DNA of 46,040 nt from Halobacteriota archaeon. GTDB taxonomy: Archaea > Halobacteriota > Syntropharchaeia > DAOWMC01. Positions 9,631 to 18,966 of the stretch are shown here, piece by piece. A program made the position numbers and the translations under genes. Numbering within the stretch: position 1 is the first letter of the stretch; the number at the start of each line of letters is the position of its first letter. The DNA lies in the NCBI GenBank assembly GCA_034189535.1, contig JAXHUQ010000002.1, forward strand, positions 1 to 46,040, given 5' to 3'. The notes below the pieces were generated by a model, which ran no database searches, was not told where the DNA came from, and saw nothing but the letters and a program-made list of their open reading frames with translations.

Positions 9631-10335
9631 TTAGATAAGGCTAATTTGCTCAAGTAGTAATTTTCCTAATTGAGTTATTTCGGAATATGAGATTTCTGGC
9701 TGACCAGTAAATTGATTAAACAATGGCTGACCTAAATCCTTATCGAATCGAATATTGTTTTTTATCAAACCAAGACGCTCTAAATGTTGTATATAACTAT
9801 ATTGAAGTGCTGCTTTCTGGATAATTTCTTTATCTGCCCCCAAATAAGGCTGAATCCGATCTAGAATATTCTCATGTTTATTCCGAAATTCTTCATCACC
9901 ACCAAATGTAGGAAATAGATAGAATCTTAACCATATTATTTCAATATCATTTAGTTCTTGTAATAATTTAAGTAAAAATTTTGACTCTTGAAGTTTAATT
10001 GAGTCATTCGTTATTCCATTTGTAACAATAGAGCTTATATACCTTCTTCTTTCGTCTGTTATTGCTCTAGAAGCTTGAACAAAACCTTCTTCAATTAAAT
10101 CGATAAATTCATCATTATCCTTTAGATTATTAATTTTTTCTTCCGAAATGTCTGATATTTTTTTATCAAGTTCTTCGATATATTTAGTTAGTCTGTCAAA
10201 TCTTTGATCAGGAATAACATTTCCAACTAATTCTGAAAGTAACGCGCCAGCGAAAGGTACAGCACCAACTGCTGATTTTGCTACACTGGTCAGAATATCT
10301 GTTTTATTGTTGTTAAGATTAATTTTATCAGACAT
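9631..10335 (-). CDS. Orphan hypothetical protein, predicted all-alpha, in a very AT-rich segment
   Basis: 234-aa ORF with no competing frame. N-terminal Gly/Ala-rich hydrophobic segment AKSAVGAVPFAGALLSELVGNVIP, followed by charged helical sequence. TATA-like TATATAAT and ATAATTATAA boxes 25-45 nt upstream of the ATG on the minus strand. I recognise no family. Confidence 0.55.
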   Translation of the reverse strand: MSDKINLNNNKTDILTSVAKSAVGAVPFAGALLSELVGNVIPDQRFDRLTKYIEELDKKISDISEEKINNLKDNDEFIDLIEEGFVQASRAITDERRRYISSIVTNGITNDSIKLQESKFLLKLLQELNDIEIIWLRFYLFPTFGGDEEFRNKHENILDRIQPYLGADKEIIQKAALQYSYIQHLERLGLIKNNIRFDKDLGQPLFNQFTGQPEISYSEITQLGKLLLEQISLI

Positions 10336-10556
10336 GATGCACCCTGTTTCAAGTTGTGGTTATAATTATGTTTTTGAGGATTATATACATCTTCATTTAT
10401 CAAATTAAACTATAATTACTTTTATATTAGACACATGAGATATTATTTTACCCATTTTCCATATTAAGTTTTTGAACCTATTTAAAATTATCCGAAAATT
10501 CAAGAAAAACAATAATAATTCGTTTGGAAGGATATATTTGTATATTTTGTATTTCT

Positions 10557-10594
<38 letters not shown>

Positions 10595-10925
10595 TCTGAT
10601 TTTTTACATCGCAAGCAGTTATCTGATCCCAAATATCGTCCCTGTCTAGTGCAGTGGGTACGGGAGTTTCTGAATTTGCCCATTAGAGACTAGGATATTC
10701 ATTCGAACAGACTCGTGATCTTTTTAAGGATTTTTCGTCACGGTTAAGCTTTGCAAAAGGATGGATTGAACGGATTCCAGATGAAGATTTTAAGTATGAA
10801 TTGTTAGGTTGTTGAGTATAATCTCTTTGGTTTTTACCTGGCCTAAATTCTGAATCTTGATACGAGCTACGTCTGTGATACAATCACAACTTTTTTGTTG
10901 ATGACTGGGAAAGTAGCAGAGGTAA

Positions 10926-11837
10926 ATGGTTAAGACTGAGAAGTTCATTGAAAAGAGCGTAGAGGGGCTAAGAGAGAAGATCGATGGAAAGGCGCTTATT
11001 GCACTCTCCGGCGGTGTGGATAGCTCTGTCTGTTCAGTTCTTGCTTTTAAAGCAATAAGTGACCAACTGATACCGATATATGTCGACACAGGCCTTATGC
11101 GAAAGGGGGAGACTGATAGGATAAAAGAGACCTTCTCTTATATGAACCTTCGAGTTGTCGATGCCAAAGATCGTTTCATAAGTGCGCTGAGCGGTGTTAG
11201 AGATCCTGAAGAGAAGCGAAAGATTGTAGGGAAGCTATTCATCAGAATATTTGAAGAAGAGGCGCGAAAGGAGGATGTTAAATACCTCATTCAGGGGACG
11301 ATATATCCTGACAGGATTGAATCCGAAGGCGGCATCAAGTCACACCACAATGTAGGTGGTCTGCCATCAGTTATTGATTTTGAAGAGATAGTGGAACCAA
11401 TTGCCGATCTTTACAAGGATGAGACCAGGGAAGTTGCAAGAGCACTCGGACTGCCTCCTGAGATCTCTGAGCGTATGCCTTTTCCGGGACCTGGGCTTGC
11501 AGTAAGGATAATCGGAGAGGTCACAAGCGAGAAGTTAGATATAGTAAGAGAGGCAAACGCGATCGTTGAGGAAGAGGTTATGAAGTTTCAACCCTGGCAG
11601 ACCTTCGCCGCACTCCTTGAGAAAGGAACTGGTGTAAAAGGAGACCAGAGGATTCATGGATACATAATATCCGTTAGGGCCGTGCAGTCGAGAGATGGTA
11701 TGACTGCTGATGCGATGGAACTACCTTGGGAGACTTTGCATAAGATATCTTCCAGAATCACAAGTGAGATTTCAAATGTCTCAAGAGTCGTCTATGACAT
11801 AACCCCAAAACCACCCGCAACAATTGAGTTTGAGTGA
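10926..11837 (+). CDS. guaAB: GMP synthase (glutamine-hydrolysing) subunit B, ATP-pyrophosphatase subunit (archaeal split form)
   Basis: 303 aa. PP-loop [22 protein letters not shown]. conserved [16 protein letters not shown]...[12 protein letters not shown]-terminal dimerisation block ending [14 protein letters not shown]. No glutamine amidotransferase domain, so this is the split archaeal type. Confidence 0.9.
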   Translation: MVKTEKFIEKSVEGLREKIDGKALIALSGGVDSSVCSVLAFKAISDQLIPIYVDTGLMRKGETDRIKETFSYMNLRVVDAKDRFISALSGVRDPEEKRKIVGKLFIRIFEEEARKEDVKYLIQGTIYPDRIESEGGIKSHHNVGGLPSVIDFEEIVEPIADLYKDETREVARALGLPPEISERMPFPGPGLAVRIIGEVTSEKLDIVREANAIVEEEVMKFQPWQTFAALLEKGTGVKGDQRIHGYIISVRAVQSRDGMTADAMELPWETLHKISSRITSEISNVSRVVYDITPKPPATIEFE

Positions 11838-11843
11838 CATAAG

Positions 11844-11852
11844 TTTTTTTTT
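11844..11852 (+). terminator. T9 tract; candidate archaeal oligo-T terminator after guaAB
   Basis: Nine consecutive T read at 11844-11852, 7 nt after the guaAB stop. It sits in the 19-nt gap to the convergent MBL gene. Confidence 0.4.
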
Positions 11853-11856
11853 AAGA

Positions 11857-12576
11857 TCAGACCCACATTACATCCAGATCGTGTGGTAGAAGGATTGGTT
11901 TAAAGACCTCCCCTGCTTTCTCGATCTCTTTATCGGGATCTACTCTACGGAATATATGGACCAAGGCAACCATCTTTGAATTCGAAGAACTTGCAAGTTT
12001 TGCTGCGTTGAGTATCGAAGAGTGCCCCGGAACTCCTTCAAGATACGCTTCGCATATCAGTAGATCCGAATCTTTTGAGAGGTCGGTCAACCCGTCACTG
12101 TGGGCACCATCGCTAGTATATGTTACCTTCTTATCGTTTATTATGGAAGTGGCATAAGATTCCACCGAATGAACAGTCTCAACAAATGAGAACTCATACC
12201 CCTTGAATCTCTTGGTATCGCCTTCAACGATCTCTTCGGTCTTTATCTCAAACTTAAAGTCATCAAGAGATTTCTTATAGGAGATATCAAGGAGAGTATC
12301 GATGTAATTATCAATCCCTTTGGGAGCAAATATCTGAAGGTCCTTTGTCCTTCGCTCTTCCCTCGATGCGAGAAAAAAGGCAGGCAATCCAAATGTATGG
12401 TCGGCATGGAGGTGGCTGATATAGATGACCTCGATCTTGGAAAGGTTCAGTCCGATCCTCCTTAGCTGTGTCAATGCATGATTACCGCAGTCGAGCAGTA
12501 TCTTGTCGTCTATGAGCATTGATGTGTTTGCTCTCTTACCGAATGCTTCTCCGGTACCTAAAAATACAACCTTCAT
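11857..12576 (-). CDS. MBL-fold metallo-hydrolase (RNase Z-like subgroup)
   Basis: MKVVFLGTGEAFG... N-terminus, HxHxDH motif ISHLHADHTFG, and later TVHSVES / CEAY...GHS blocks. Confidence 0.75.
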   Translation of the reverse strand: MKVVFLGTGEAFGKRANTSMLIDDKILLDCGNHALTQLRRIGLNLSKIEVIYISHLHADHTFGLPAFFLASREERRTKDLQIFAPKGIDNYIDTLLDISYKKSLDDFKFEIKTEEIVEGDTKRFKGYEFSFVETVHSVESYATSIINDKKVTYTSDGAHSDGLTDLSKDSDLLICEAYLEGVPGHSSILNAAKLASSSNSKMVALVHIFRRVDPDKEIEKAGEVFKPILLPHDLDVMWV

Positions 12577-12603
12577 TTAATTTTCCCCCTCATCAGATCC
12601 AGA

Positions 12604-13116
12604 TTATAGATTCTCTTTCTGATAGACCCCGTCATATCCGTCTTCTACCGGAGTCGATCTCAGAAAGATCAGTTGAAGGATACGCGCATCCTTTTTTAGA
12701 TGTACTCCATCACTATTTTTTACGATTAGGAGGCTCTCGCTTCTACCCTCATATCCTGCATCCCAGATCGCTGAATCAACGGTGCAGCCGCTCCGAAGCA
12801 GGGAGGATCTCGGCCTACCTATCGCACACATATCCTTTGGAATACTAACCACTTCATTAAATATAACTTTATAGCACCCTTCTTTAAGAAATATCCAGCC
12901 ATCATCCCCAAAATTAAGTACCTTACAGTCCGGTATCTCCCTCTCAGAGTTATCAAAAGCTATTCTGCCGGAACCACAAAAAGCCTCGATTCGCGAAAGA
13001 CTCAGATCAATTCCATTCACTTGTATCTGTTTTTCCGGGTCAACCATCTCTCCAACAAGTCCTTTCTCGACTTCAGTTACCAGTTCATCCTTCGATAAAA
13101 CAGATCCCATCTTCAT
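12604..13116 (-). CDS. dut: dUTP diphosphatase of the dCTP-deaminase/dUTPase (archaeal) family
   Basis: 170 aa. NGIDLSL, GRPRSSLLRSG and IWDAGYEGRSESLL blocks match the trimeric dCTP deaminase/dUTPase fold family. The size fits the archaeal probable-dUTPase type rather than the longer bifunctional Dcd. Confidence 0.7.
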   Translation of the reverse strand: MKMGSVLSKDELVTEVEKGLVGEMVDPEKQIQVNGIDLSLSRIEAFCGSGRIAFDNSEREIPDCKVLNFGDDGWIFLKEGCYKVIFNEVVSIPKDMCAIGRPRSSLLRSGCTVDSAIWDAGYEGRSESLLIVKNSDGVHLKKDARILQLIFLRSTPVEDGYDGVYQKENL

Positions 13117-13231
13117 TACCTCACAAGCATTTACAAATATGAGGGGGTATGTAACAGATAAGGTTTTTCAAAGAGACGATGCGGGATCTTCATGGGAAAT
13201 ATTATTATTTGAGATAACACTTACCTAAAAT

Positions 13232-13708
13232 ATGACAGAACTCAAACTTCATTCATTTGTTATCCTTGTGAAAGATATCGGCGTCTCGAAGAGATTTTAC
13301 CAGGAGATACTCTCCCAAGAAGTTGAGATGGACTTCGGAAAAAATGTAGGTTTCAAGAGCGGACTTGCATTATGGGATAAGAAGTACGCAAAGAACATAA
13401 TTTTTGGCTCAAAAGTATCATCAAGTGATGATAATCGCAACTTGGAGGTATATTTTGAGACAGATAACCTACCTGAGATCTATGACAAGGTTAAGGAAAA
13501 TAAGGTTGAAGTGATTCACGATATCAGAGAACAGCCCTGGGGCCAGAGGGTATTTCGCATCTTTGATCCGGATGGATTCATAATTGAGATCGCCGAGTCG
13601 ATGATGGATGTAGTAAGACGCCTAATAGGCGAGGGTGTGTCAAAGGAAGCAGTATCAGAGAAGACTATGATGCCAAAAGAAGCAATAGATGCGATTCTTA
13701 TGGATTGA
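13232..13708 (+). CDS. VOC-family (glyoxalase/bleomycin-resistance/dioxygenase fold) protein
   Basis: LHSFVILVKDIGVSKRFYQEIL N-terminal beta-alpha-beta-beta-beta module and C-terminal WGQRVFRIFDPDGFIIEIAE block. Confidence 0.7.
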   Translation: MTELKLHSFVILVKDIGVSKRFYQEILSQEVEMDFGKNVGFKSGLALWDKKYAKNIIFGSKVSSSDDNRNLEVYFETDNLPEIYDKVKENKVEVIHDIREQPWGQRVFRIFDPDGFIIEIAESMMDVVRRLIGEGVSKEAVSEKTMMPKEAIDAILMD

Positions 13709-14023
13709 TTCTTAAAAAGGTAGATTTGTAAAAAATCTTCCAAAATAATAAATTAGGATGGGACCAGTTTCAGATCTCTTAACGAAAAAAATTCTCATTC
13801 TGTAACTCTCACCATAATTCAATGAGCGTAAAGTTATTAAACGAAGAAGTAGATTAATAGTGTACGATTTCCATAAGATTGGACCCTTTGGTCAGTCTGA
13901 TTTAATGAATTTCTTGGGTAGAAAATGCCGGGGGATGTATATCAGGCATTTCAGTCCGATCCCGAAAATATCGGGTGAATGGCCGAGGTTTGATCTAGAA
14001 GATAGTCAAGGTGAGGTAAGGAA

Positions 14024-14272
14024 ATGTCGGATGTATTTGCGACCGAGATGGTAGATATGAAAGTGCTCAGCACGGACGGTGACAACGTCGGTACCCTGAG
14101 CAATTTGGTCATTGATCAGAAGACCGGTGATGTGGTTGACATGATCGTAAAACTGGATTTGGATGCCGATAGAGCCGGATTACAGGTGACTGATAGGGGG
14201 CTCGCACTCGTGCCGTTTGAATCTATTACAGCAATAAAGGATTATATCGTCATCGATAGGAATAGAGGTTAA
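14024..14272 (+). CDS. PRC-barrel domain protein
   Basis: 82 aa. MKVLSTDGDNVGTLSNLVIDQKTGDVVDMIV ... VPFESITAIKDYIVID is the PRC-barrel pattern. GGTGAGGTAAGG Shine-Dalgarno-like sequence upstream. Confidence 0.7.
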   Translation: MSDVFATEMVDMKVLSTDGDNVGTLSNLVIDQKTGDVVDMIVKLDLDADRAGLQVTDRGLALVPFESITAIKDYIVIDRNRG

Positions 14273-15943
14273 GTGCAGGAGAATGTAGTAGTGGTAGAGA
14301 TCACAATAGACGAGGGTCTCAGGGATCTTAACGAGAGTAACTTGGAGAGGATAGCGAGTCTCTGGGATTTGGAGTCTGCCGAGGTCCTTAAAGAAGGTAA
14401 CTTTGCCGGTCTCTCAGAGAGGATGAAGGATTCTGATAGCTTGCGCAGAGTTCTCGATAAGCTTACACCAAGAGACCTTCAAATCTTAGGCATATTCGCC
14501 CGGAAGGGTTGGGTGATGGAATGTAACGACCTTTACGATTATGGTATCTACGAAGAGGAGCTCGGAAATCTTCCCGCATACAACTGGCAGAAACCCAGAG
14601 GTCTTGCCGGTAGTGCACTGATACTTAAGACAAAGAAGTTCGACACACACGGACCCACCGTCTTTATGGTACCAATCGAGCTCAGAGAAACGATAATTGC
14701 GGTCTTCTCAGAGAGCTCGAGAGATATGGAATTTAAGGATCCGGTCAAACATAGTAAAAGTGGTGGGAGTCTTTTAAATGATCTATTCATATACCTATCA
14801 TTTATATCCGGAGAACGGCCTGCTCTTACAAAGAATCTTCACCAGATCCCAAAGAGATCACTTGAGAAACTGAATATTAGTAATGGAAGGATATCTTTTA
14901 TTCAGGAGATTTGTGAGGATCTGAATCTGACAAAAAAGGGATACAATTCAGTAGAAGACGAATATATAATCAGAACTACCAGTAAAGCTGAAGATTATAT
15001 AGCTACGAAGGAAGAAGATAAAATCAAAGAGATTTTCAGCTTCCTTATTATGAAATCTGATGCAAATGATGTTATAATAGTCAATGGCCTGAAAAAACTC
15101 AAGGTTGGTACATGGTACGATCTGGATCTCTTCTTCAAAAACCTCAAGAGTGAACTCTTCGTTGATGATAAGATTGATAAGTGGCGCAGATTCAGCAAAC
15201 CGAAGATCAAGCAGTTCCTAGAGCGGCTTAGGATGCTAGATATGGTCGCTATCGGCCACAATGGAGATAAAACTGCATTTTGTTTGACCCCAATCGGTGC
15301 TCATGTTCTCGGTATAAAGGAGATTGAGGGCAGGGCGATTGAGAATAAATTCATAGTCCAACCCAATTTTGAGGTCACTGTCTTTCCTGAGACGAAACAA
15401 AGGACGTTGTTCTACTTGAGTAAGTTCTCAGAGGTGAAGAGCCACGACCAAGTTGTGGTCTATCTGCTCACGAAAGTATCAGTTCTCGGAGCCCTTGACA
15501 ATGGCCTGAAGATAGAGGAGATAATTGATTTTCTCAATGAAAACTCCCAGAATGATATGCCCCAAAATGTGATATACTCGCTCAGAAGTTGGGGTTCGAA
15601 TTACGGGGGTGTCAAGTTGATGCGTGGGACATTCTTTGAGGCCGATAAGGGGTTATCGGATCTGATCAAGAAGAGAATTGAACCTCACGTGATAAAAGAG
15701 GTTACACCTTCTCTCACCATAATAGAGGGAGAAGATGCTGTAAATGATCTCATGAAGATACACGACGAGATCTTTCTCGAAATCGATGATCCGATACAAG
15801 CAAAAGTAGTTGAGAAGGTGATCGAGGAGTATATCGTAAATAAACCATCTCCGACCTTCATCGTAATCAAAAAAGAGTCTCTGAAGAGTGTTATCCAGGC
15901 CCTAAAGAAGAGTGAGATATACCCTAAGAACCTTATCAATTGA
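14273..15943 (+). CDS. Hypothetical 556-aa protein; C-terminal region resembles the XPB/Ssl2-N-terminal (Helicase_C_3-type) helicase-associated domain
   Basis: Long clean ORF. GTG start directly abuts the PRC-barrel stop (TAA-GTG) with AGAGG 4-5 nt upstream. No in-frame ATG for 50 codons. Block YLLTKVSVLGALDNGLKIEEIIDFLNENSQNDMPQNVIYSLRSWGSNYGGVKL resembles, from memory, the y.lt..s...Al..G.....i..fL......vP..v...l..w....g pattern of that domain. No ATPase motifs. Confidence 0.5.
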   Translation: MQENVVVVEITIDEGLRDLNESNLERIASLWDLESAEVLKEGNFAGLSERMKDSDSLRRVLDKLTPRDLQILGIFARKGWVMECNDLYDYGIYEEELGNLPAYNWQKPRGLAGSALILKTKKFDTHGPTVFMVPIELRETIIAVFSESSRDMEFKDPVKHSKSGGSLLNDLFIYLSFISGERPALTKNLHQIPKRSLEKLNISNGRISFIQEICEDLNLTKKGYNSVEDEYIIRTTSKAEDYIATKEEDKIKEIFSFLIMKSDANDVIIVNGLKKLKVGTWYDLDLFFKNLKSELFVDDKIDKWRRFSKPKIKQFLERLRMLDMVAIGHNGDKTAFCLTPIGAHVLGIKEIEGRAIENKFIVQPNFEVTVFPETKQRTLFYLSKFSEVKSHDQVVVYLLTKVSVLGALDNGLKIEEIIDFLNENSQNDMPQNVIYSLRSWGSNYGGVKLMRGTFFEADKGLSDLIKKRIEPHVIKEVTPSLTIIEGEDAVNDLMKIHDEIFLEIDDPIQAKVVEKVIEEYIVNKPSPTFIVIKKESLKSVIQALKKSEIYPKNLIN

Positions 15944-15975
15944 ACTTTAGAGGGGGTGAAAAGACCACACAGCCT

Positions 15976-16254
15976 TCACCCACCACCGGCCGGGGGAAGA
16001 AGAGCTATCTCGTCTCCGTCTTTGAGTATGGCATCTACACCACCGAGTAGGCTTGACAGTCTTCCGTTTATAAGGACAAAGAGGTGCTTTGTGATATCCT
16101 CCCCGTCGAACAACTTCTCCGGTAGGTTGTAATAGTCACGAAGCATTGTGAGAAGATCTCCTAATGTCGGATCTTCTGTAAATTCAAGATTAAATTCTTC
16201 TCCACCCATCGCCTCTTTTATCGAGGTGAAAGCCATCACTTTCAAACTAATCAA
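15976..16254 (-). CDS. MoaD/ThiS-family ubiquitin-like small sulfur-carrier / SAMP-like protein
   Basis: 92 aa with beta-grasp-like pattern. C-terminus DGDEIALLPPAGGG ends in the diglycine required for C-terminal activation. Confidence 0.7.
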   Translation of the reverse strand: MISLKVMAFTSIKEAMGGEEFNLEFTEDPTLGDLLTMLRDYYNLPEKLFDGEDITKHLFVLINGRLSSLLGGVDAILKDGDEIALLPPAGGG

Positions 16255-16283
16255 TCTTTATTCACCCTATGAAACCTTCTGAT

Positions 16284-16775
16284 CTACGCAAGTTTTCCAA
16301 GAATCTCTTCTGCAAAAGTGGCAGCGTCCTTTACATCAGTATCGTCAGGATGACCGTTTGCCTCTTTTCCGATATCCAGTAGGTTTTGTGGCAACACCTT
16401 TCTTATCTTCTCGGAGTGGACCCCAAGACAGTCAAATGTTCCCAGTATTTCACCATTTTTCTTGCCAATTATCTTCTCTGACTTCTTCTTTGCACTTATC
16501 CACATATCTTCGGGGGGCATCCCATGTGTGAAAAATAGGGCTGTCTTCATCCCCTCAGGAATCGTCTCAAGGAAGCTCTTTACCGGTTTAGGAACTCCGT
16601 TTGCATTAACAGGAGAGCCTATAAACGCAAGATCATAGTTATTTAGATCCGAAGGAAACGAGTCCTTCTCTATCTTAAATAGTGTCGCGTCTCCAGCCCC
16701 TACGGAGCTTTCGATCCCCTTTGCTATCTTCTCGGTGTTTCCACTCTCGGAGAAATATGTTATCAGAACCTTCAT
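16284..16775 (-). CDS. Flavodoxin-family protein
   Basis: MKVLITYFSESGNTEKIAKGI FMN phosphate-binding loop (S/T-x-T-G-x-T type). FIGSPVNANG second loop. 163 aa. Confidence 0.75.
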   Translation of the reverse strand: MKVLITYFSESGNTEKIAKGIESSVGAGDATLFKIEKDSFPSDLNNYDLAFIGSPVNANGVPKPVKSFLETIPEGMKTALFFTHGMPPEDMWISAKKKSEKIIGKKNGEILGTFDCLGVHSEKIRKVLPQNLLDIGKEANGHPDDTDVKDAATFAEEILGKLA

Positions 16776-16890
16776 TTATTCCACCTGTCTTTTTCTGATA
16801 TAGATTACTTTGAGGTTTCCTTAATTAATAATAAGTCTTTATTTTTCTATCGACCATACTTCATTTACATCTAAAGAAATTCTGTCTTTG

Positions 16891-17694
16891 TCAAATCACG
16901 ATTATACCTGCATATCCCACTACCTCACGCATGCTCTTCTCGATATCCCCGGAGGTTGCATATGCTATTAACTTGCCCTTCTTTGCGCCGAGCATTTTTG
17001 TCGCCTTCAACATGGCGGCTATCGGTCCGACTCCACATACTGTTGCATTGCGATTGTAGACTCTTGTGTAGAACTTGGATATATTCATCTCAAGAATTGG
17101 CTCAATTACATAGGAATCAACCTCCCTTGCCACTTCATCGAGCATATAATGGGTGAAGTCAGATGATGCAAGTATCACTACCTTTTTATTGAGCTTGCTT
17201 ATTGCGTGGGCAACTTCTTCACCTACTTCTTTTGCAGTTTCCTCATCCTGCAACCCAAGGCTTATGGGGGCGATCTTGAAATCCTTGAAGTTATACTGAA
17301 GAAACGGCAATTGAACCTCTATCGAATGCTCATAACTGTGCGCGATCTCGTCCGTATCGATGATATTCTTCGGAAGTGCTTCAACAAAATCCAGATCCAC
17401 TTCGATCTCACCAAGTGGTGTGATCCATGACTCCCTCGAGGCCGCAACCATCGAACCCCCACCTCTGTGACTCGGTCCGATTATAACAAAGGTCTCCACT
17501 CTTGGAAGTTTTGCGTACACTTGTGCAGCAACTTTTCCCGAATATGTATAGCCAGCATGGGGAACCACTGCGCCTATGACATTCTCTTCTCTTCCTTCAA
17601 CACCGGAAAAGAGATTACTTAACTGCCGATTTAGGTCACTATCAACACCAGGATAGAACTGTCCGGCAAATGCGGGTCTTCTCATTATCTTCAC
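16891..17694 (-). CDS. amrB: AmmeMemoRadiSam system protein B (MEMO1 family)
   Basis: N-terminus MRRPAFAGQFYPG, VVPHAGYTYSG, IIGPSH, EHSIEVQLPFLQ and SSDFTHY blocks are the Memo-family signature. Confidence 0.85.
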   Translation of the reverse strand: MKIMRRPAFAGQFYPGVDSDLNRQLSNLFSGVEGREENVIGAVVPHAGYTYSGKVAAQVYAKLPRVETFVIIGPSHRGGGSMVAASRESWITPLGEIEVDLDFVEALPKNIIDTDEIAHSYEHSIEVQLPFLQYNFKDFKIAPISLGLQDEETAKEVGEEVAHAISKLNKKVVILASSDFTHYMLDEVAREVDSYVIEPILEMNISKFYTRVYNRNATVCGVGPIAAMLKATKMLGAKKGKLIAYATSGDIEKSMREVVGYAGIIVI

Positions 17695-17831
17695 CTGCCA
17701 ATGTTTAGCTCTGAGTAAAGATAACTATATTGCCCCCACATAATAAATTTACCCCAGAAAGTTATGACAGAATCCAAAAGTATACAACACCAAGAATCAT
17801 AACTATCATCACGGGATGGGAAGTGGGAACG

Positions 17832-18014
17832 ATGAAGTCCGAGTCAAGAGTAGCTGTTCTGAACTGCAAGGGTTGTGGTTCCTGCGACAACGTCTGTCCT
17901 GTGGACGCTATAAAAAAGATAAATAACAAAGCGGTTATTGATTATGACAGATGTGATTCCTGCCTCAAATGCCTTGAAGTCTGTATGAATAAGTCAATTG
18001 TGGTGGTAGATTGA
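17832..18014 (+). CDS. Small 2x[4Fe-4S]-type ferredoxin-domain protein
   Basis: Track ORF starts at 17730 with a non-ATG codon. ATG at 17832 preceded by GGGAAGTGGGAAC is the likelier start. CKGCGSCDNVCP and CDSCLKCLEVC cluster motifs. Confidence 0.65.
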   Translation: MKSESRVAVLNCKGCGSCDNVCPVDAIKKINNKAVIDYDRCDSCLKCLEVCMNKSIVVVD

Positions 18015-18050
18015 TAGCAAAAGCATCGTATTGCTGGTGGTGATCAGTAG

Positions 18051-18575
18051 GTGAAAGCCCTGATAAGTGTATCGAGCAAGAGGGATATTGTGCGTTTTGC
18101 GGAAGGTCTGAGCTCCCTCGGTATTGAGATAATCGCAACAGATGGTACTGCAAAAGAGTTAGCATCGGAAGGGATACCTGTAAAGAGGGTAGCTGATATT
18201 ACCGGATTTGAAGAGATGCTCGACGGTAAGATAAAGACGCTTAATCCCTTAATCCATGAGATGATAATGACAGCAGATATTGGTATCGTTGTAGTGAATC
18301 TGATTCCGGTGGACGAATCCAAGACGGCGCTTGACAAAATAGATGTAGGGGGGGTTGCTCTTATAAAATCGGCGATAAAAAATGTGAACGATGTCTGTGT
18401 TATTGTGAATTTCGAGAGGTATGAAAGTATCCTCGAAGAGCTGAAAAGAGGGGGCATCTCAAGAAATACCAGATTTGAGATGGCAATTGAAGCATGTGAA
18501 TATATAATCTCTTATGAAATGAAGGTAAAAGGGATAATTAAAATATTAGGGTATAATAACAGAAGAGTGGTGTAA
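18051..18575 (+). CDS. Stand-alone PurH-N-terminal-like (MGS-like / IMP cyclohydrolase-fold) domain protein
   Basis: GTG start. ALISVSSKRDIVRFAEGLSSLGIEIIATDGTAKELASEGIPVKRVADITGFEEMLDGKIKTLNP...VVVNLIP...IDVGGVALIKSAIKN aligns by eye with the PurH IMPCH domain consensus (ALISVSDK.g...fa..L...g.ei.StgGTak.L...Gi.v..vs..TgfPEmldGRVKTLHP...VvvNLYPF...IDIGGp.m.RaaAKN). No AICAR-transformylase domain. Confidence 0.65.
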   Translation: MKALISVSSKRDIVRFAEGLSSLGIEIIATDGTAKELASEGIPVKRVADITGFEEMLDGKIKTLNPLIHEMIMTADIGIVVVNLIPVDESKTALDKIDVGGVALIKSAIKNVNDVCVIVNFERYESILEELKRGGISRNTRFEMAIEACEYIISYEMKVKGIIKILGYNNRRVV

Positions 18576-18577
18576 AA

Positions 18578-18964
18578 ATGAAGATTTCTATTCCTTCAAT
18601 GGGATGTAGAGGGATGAATGAAATTATATGTGATCATTTTGGGATGGCAGAATCATATACAGTAATAGACACCGAAACAGAAGAAGTAAAAATTATCCCT
18701 GTAACATCGGAGCCTCCTAAGACTGAAATCACATCGCCGGATATGCTATTCGGTGAGGGTGTGAATGTCGTCTTGTGTGGCGGACTTGCCTGTCGAGGTA
18801 TAGGATTACTGGCCTTAAAAAAGCTTGAAGAGCTTGGTATTGAGGTCTACGTAGGTGCAATCGGGACAGTAAGGGATGCGTTGCAATCATACCAGGTAAA
18901 AGCCCTTGAAAGAGCAACGTATGACAATATATGTTGTGAATGCAATAGTGAGATAAAGATGTAA
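18578..18964 (+). CDS. NifB/NifX-family (dinitrogenase FeMo-cofactor-biosynthesis-like) domain protein
   Basis: MKISIPS...ICDHFGMAESYTVIDTETEEVKII ... VVLCGGLACRG pattern typical of this small alpha/beta domain family. 2-nt gap after the upstream gene. Confidence 0.65.
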   Translation: MKISIPSMGCRGMNEIICDHFGMAESYTVIDTETEEVKIIPVTSEPPKTEITSPDMLFGEGVNVVLCGGLACRGIGLLALKKLEELGIEVYVGAIGTVRDALQSYQVKALERATYDNICCECNSEIKM

Positions 18965-18966
18965 AT

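Noticed and set aside
12519-12848. 109-aa plus-strand ORF bridging the MBL and dUTPase genes.
   Set aside because: It runs antisense across two well-supported minus-strand genes and their spacer, so it is a chance ORF.
13923-13975. Hairpins in the leader of the PRC-barrel gene, considered as a possible riboswitch: AAATGCC...GGCATTT (7 bp, 15-nt loop) and CCCGA-aaata-TCGGG.
   Set aside because: The stems are short and isolated with no recognisable riboswitch core motifs, and such stems are expected by chance in 300 nt. Track ORF 13860..14054 over the same region has no start context or features.
15593-15601. GGTTCGAAT, a tRNA T-arm-like string. I scanned for tRNA genes as possible integration targets near the AT-rich islets.
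   Set aside because: The string lies in-frame inside the 556-aa CDS (WGSNYGG). No acceptor, D or anticodon stems can be drawn around it. I found no convincing cloverleaf elsewhere by eye, but an exhaustive tRNAscan-type search was not possible.
16891-17694. I looked for the other members of the AmmeMemoRadiSam system (AMMECR1-like protein A and the radical SAM enzyme) next to amrB.
   Set aside because: Neither is present in the neighbourhood. The flanking genes are a flavodoxin and a small ferredoxin. No CxxxCxxC radical-SAM motif protein occurs in the window, so no system-level claim is made.
18044-18457. 137-aa minus-strand ORF opposite the PurH-like gene.
   Set aside because: The plus-strand frame aligns along its whole length with the PurH IMPCH domain consensus. 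The minus-strand peptide is Ser/Ile/Thr-rich with no features.
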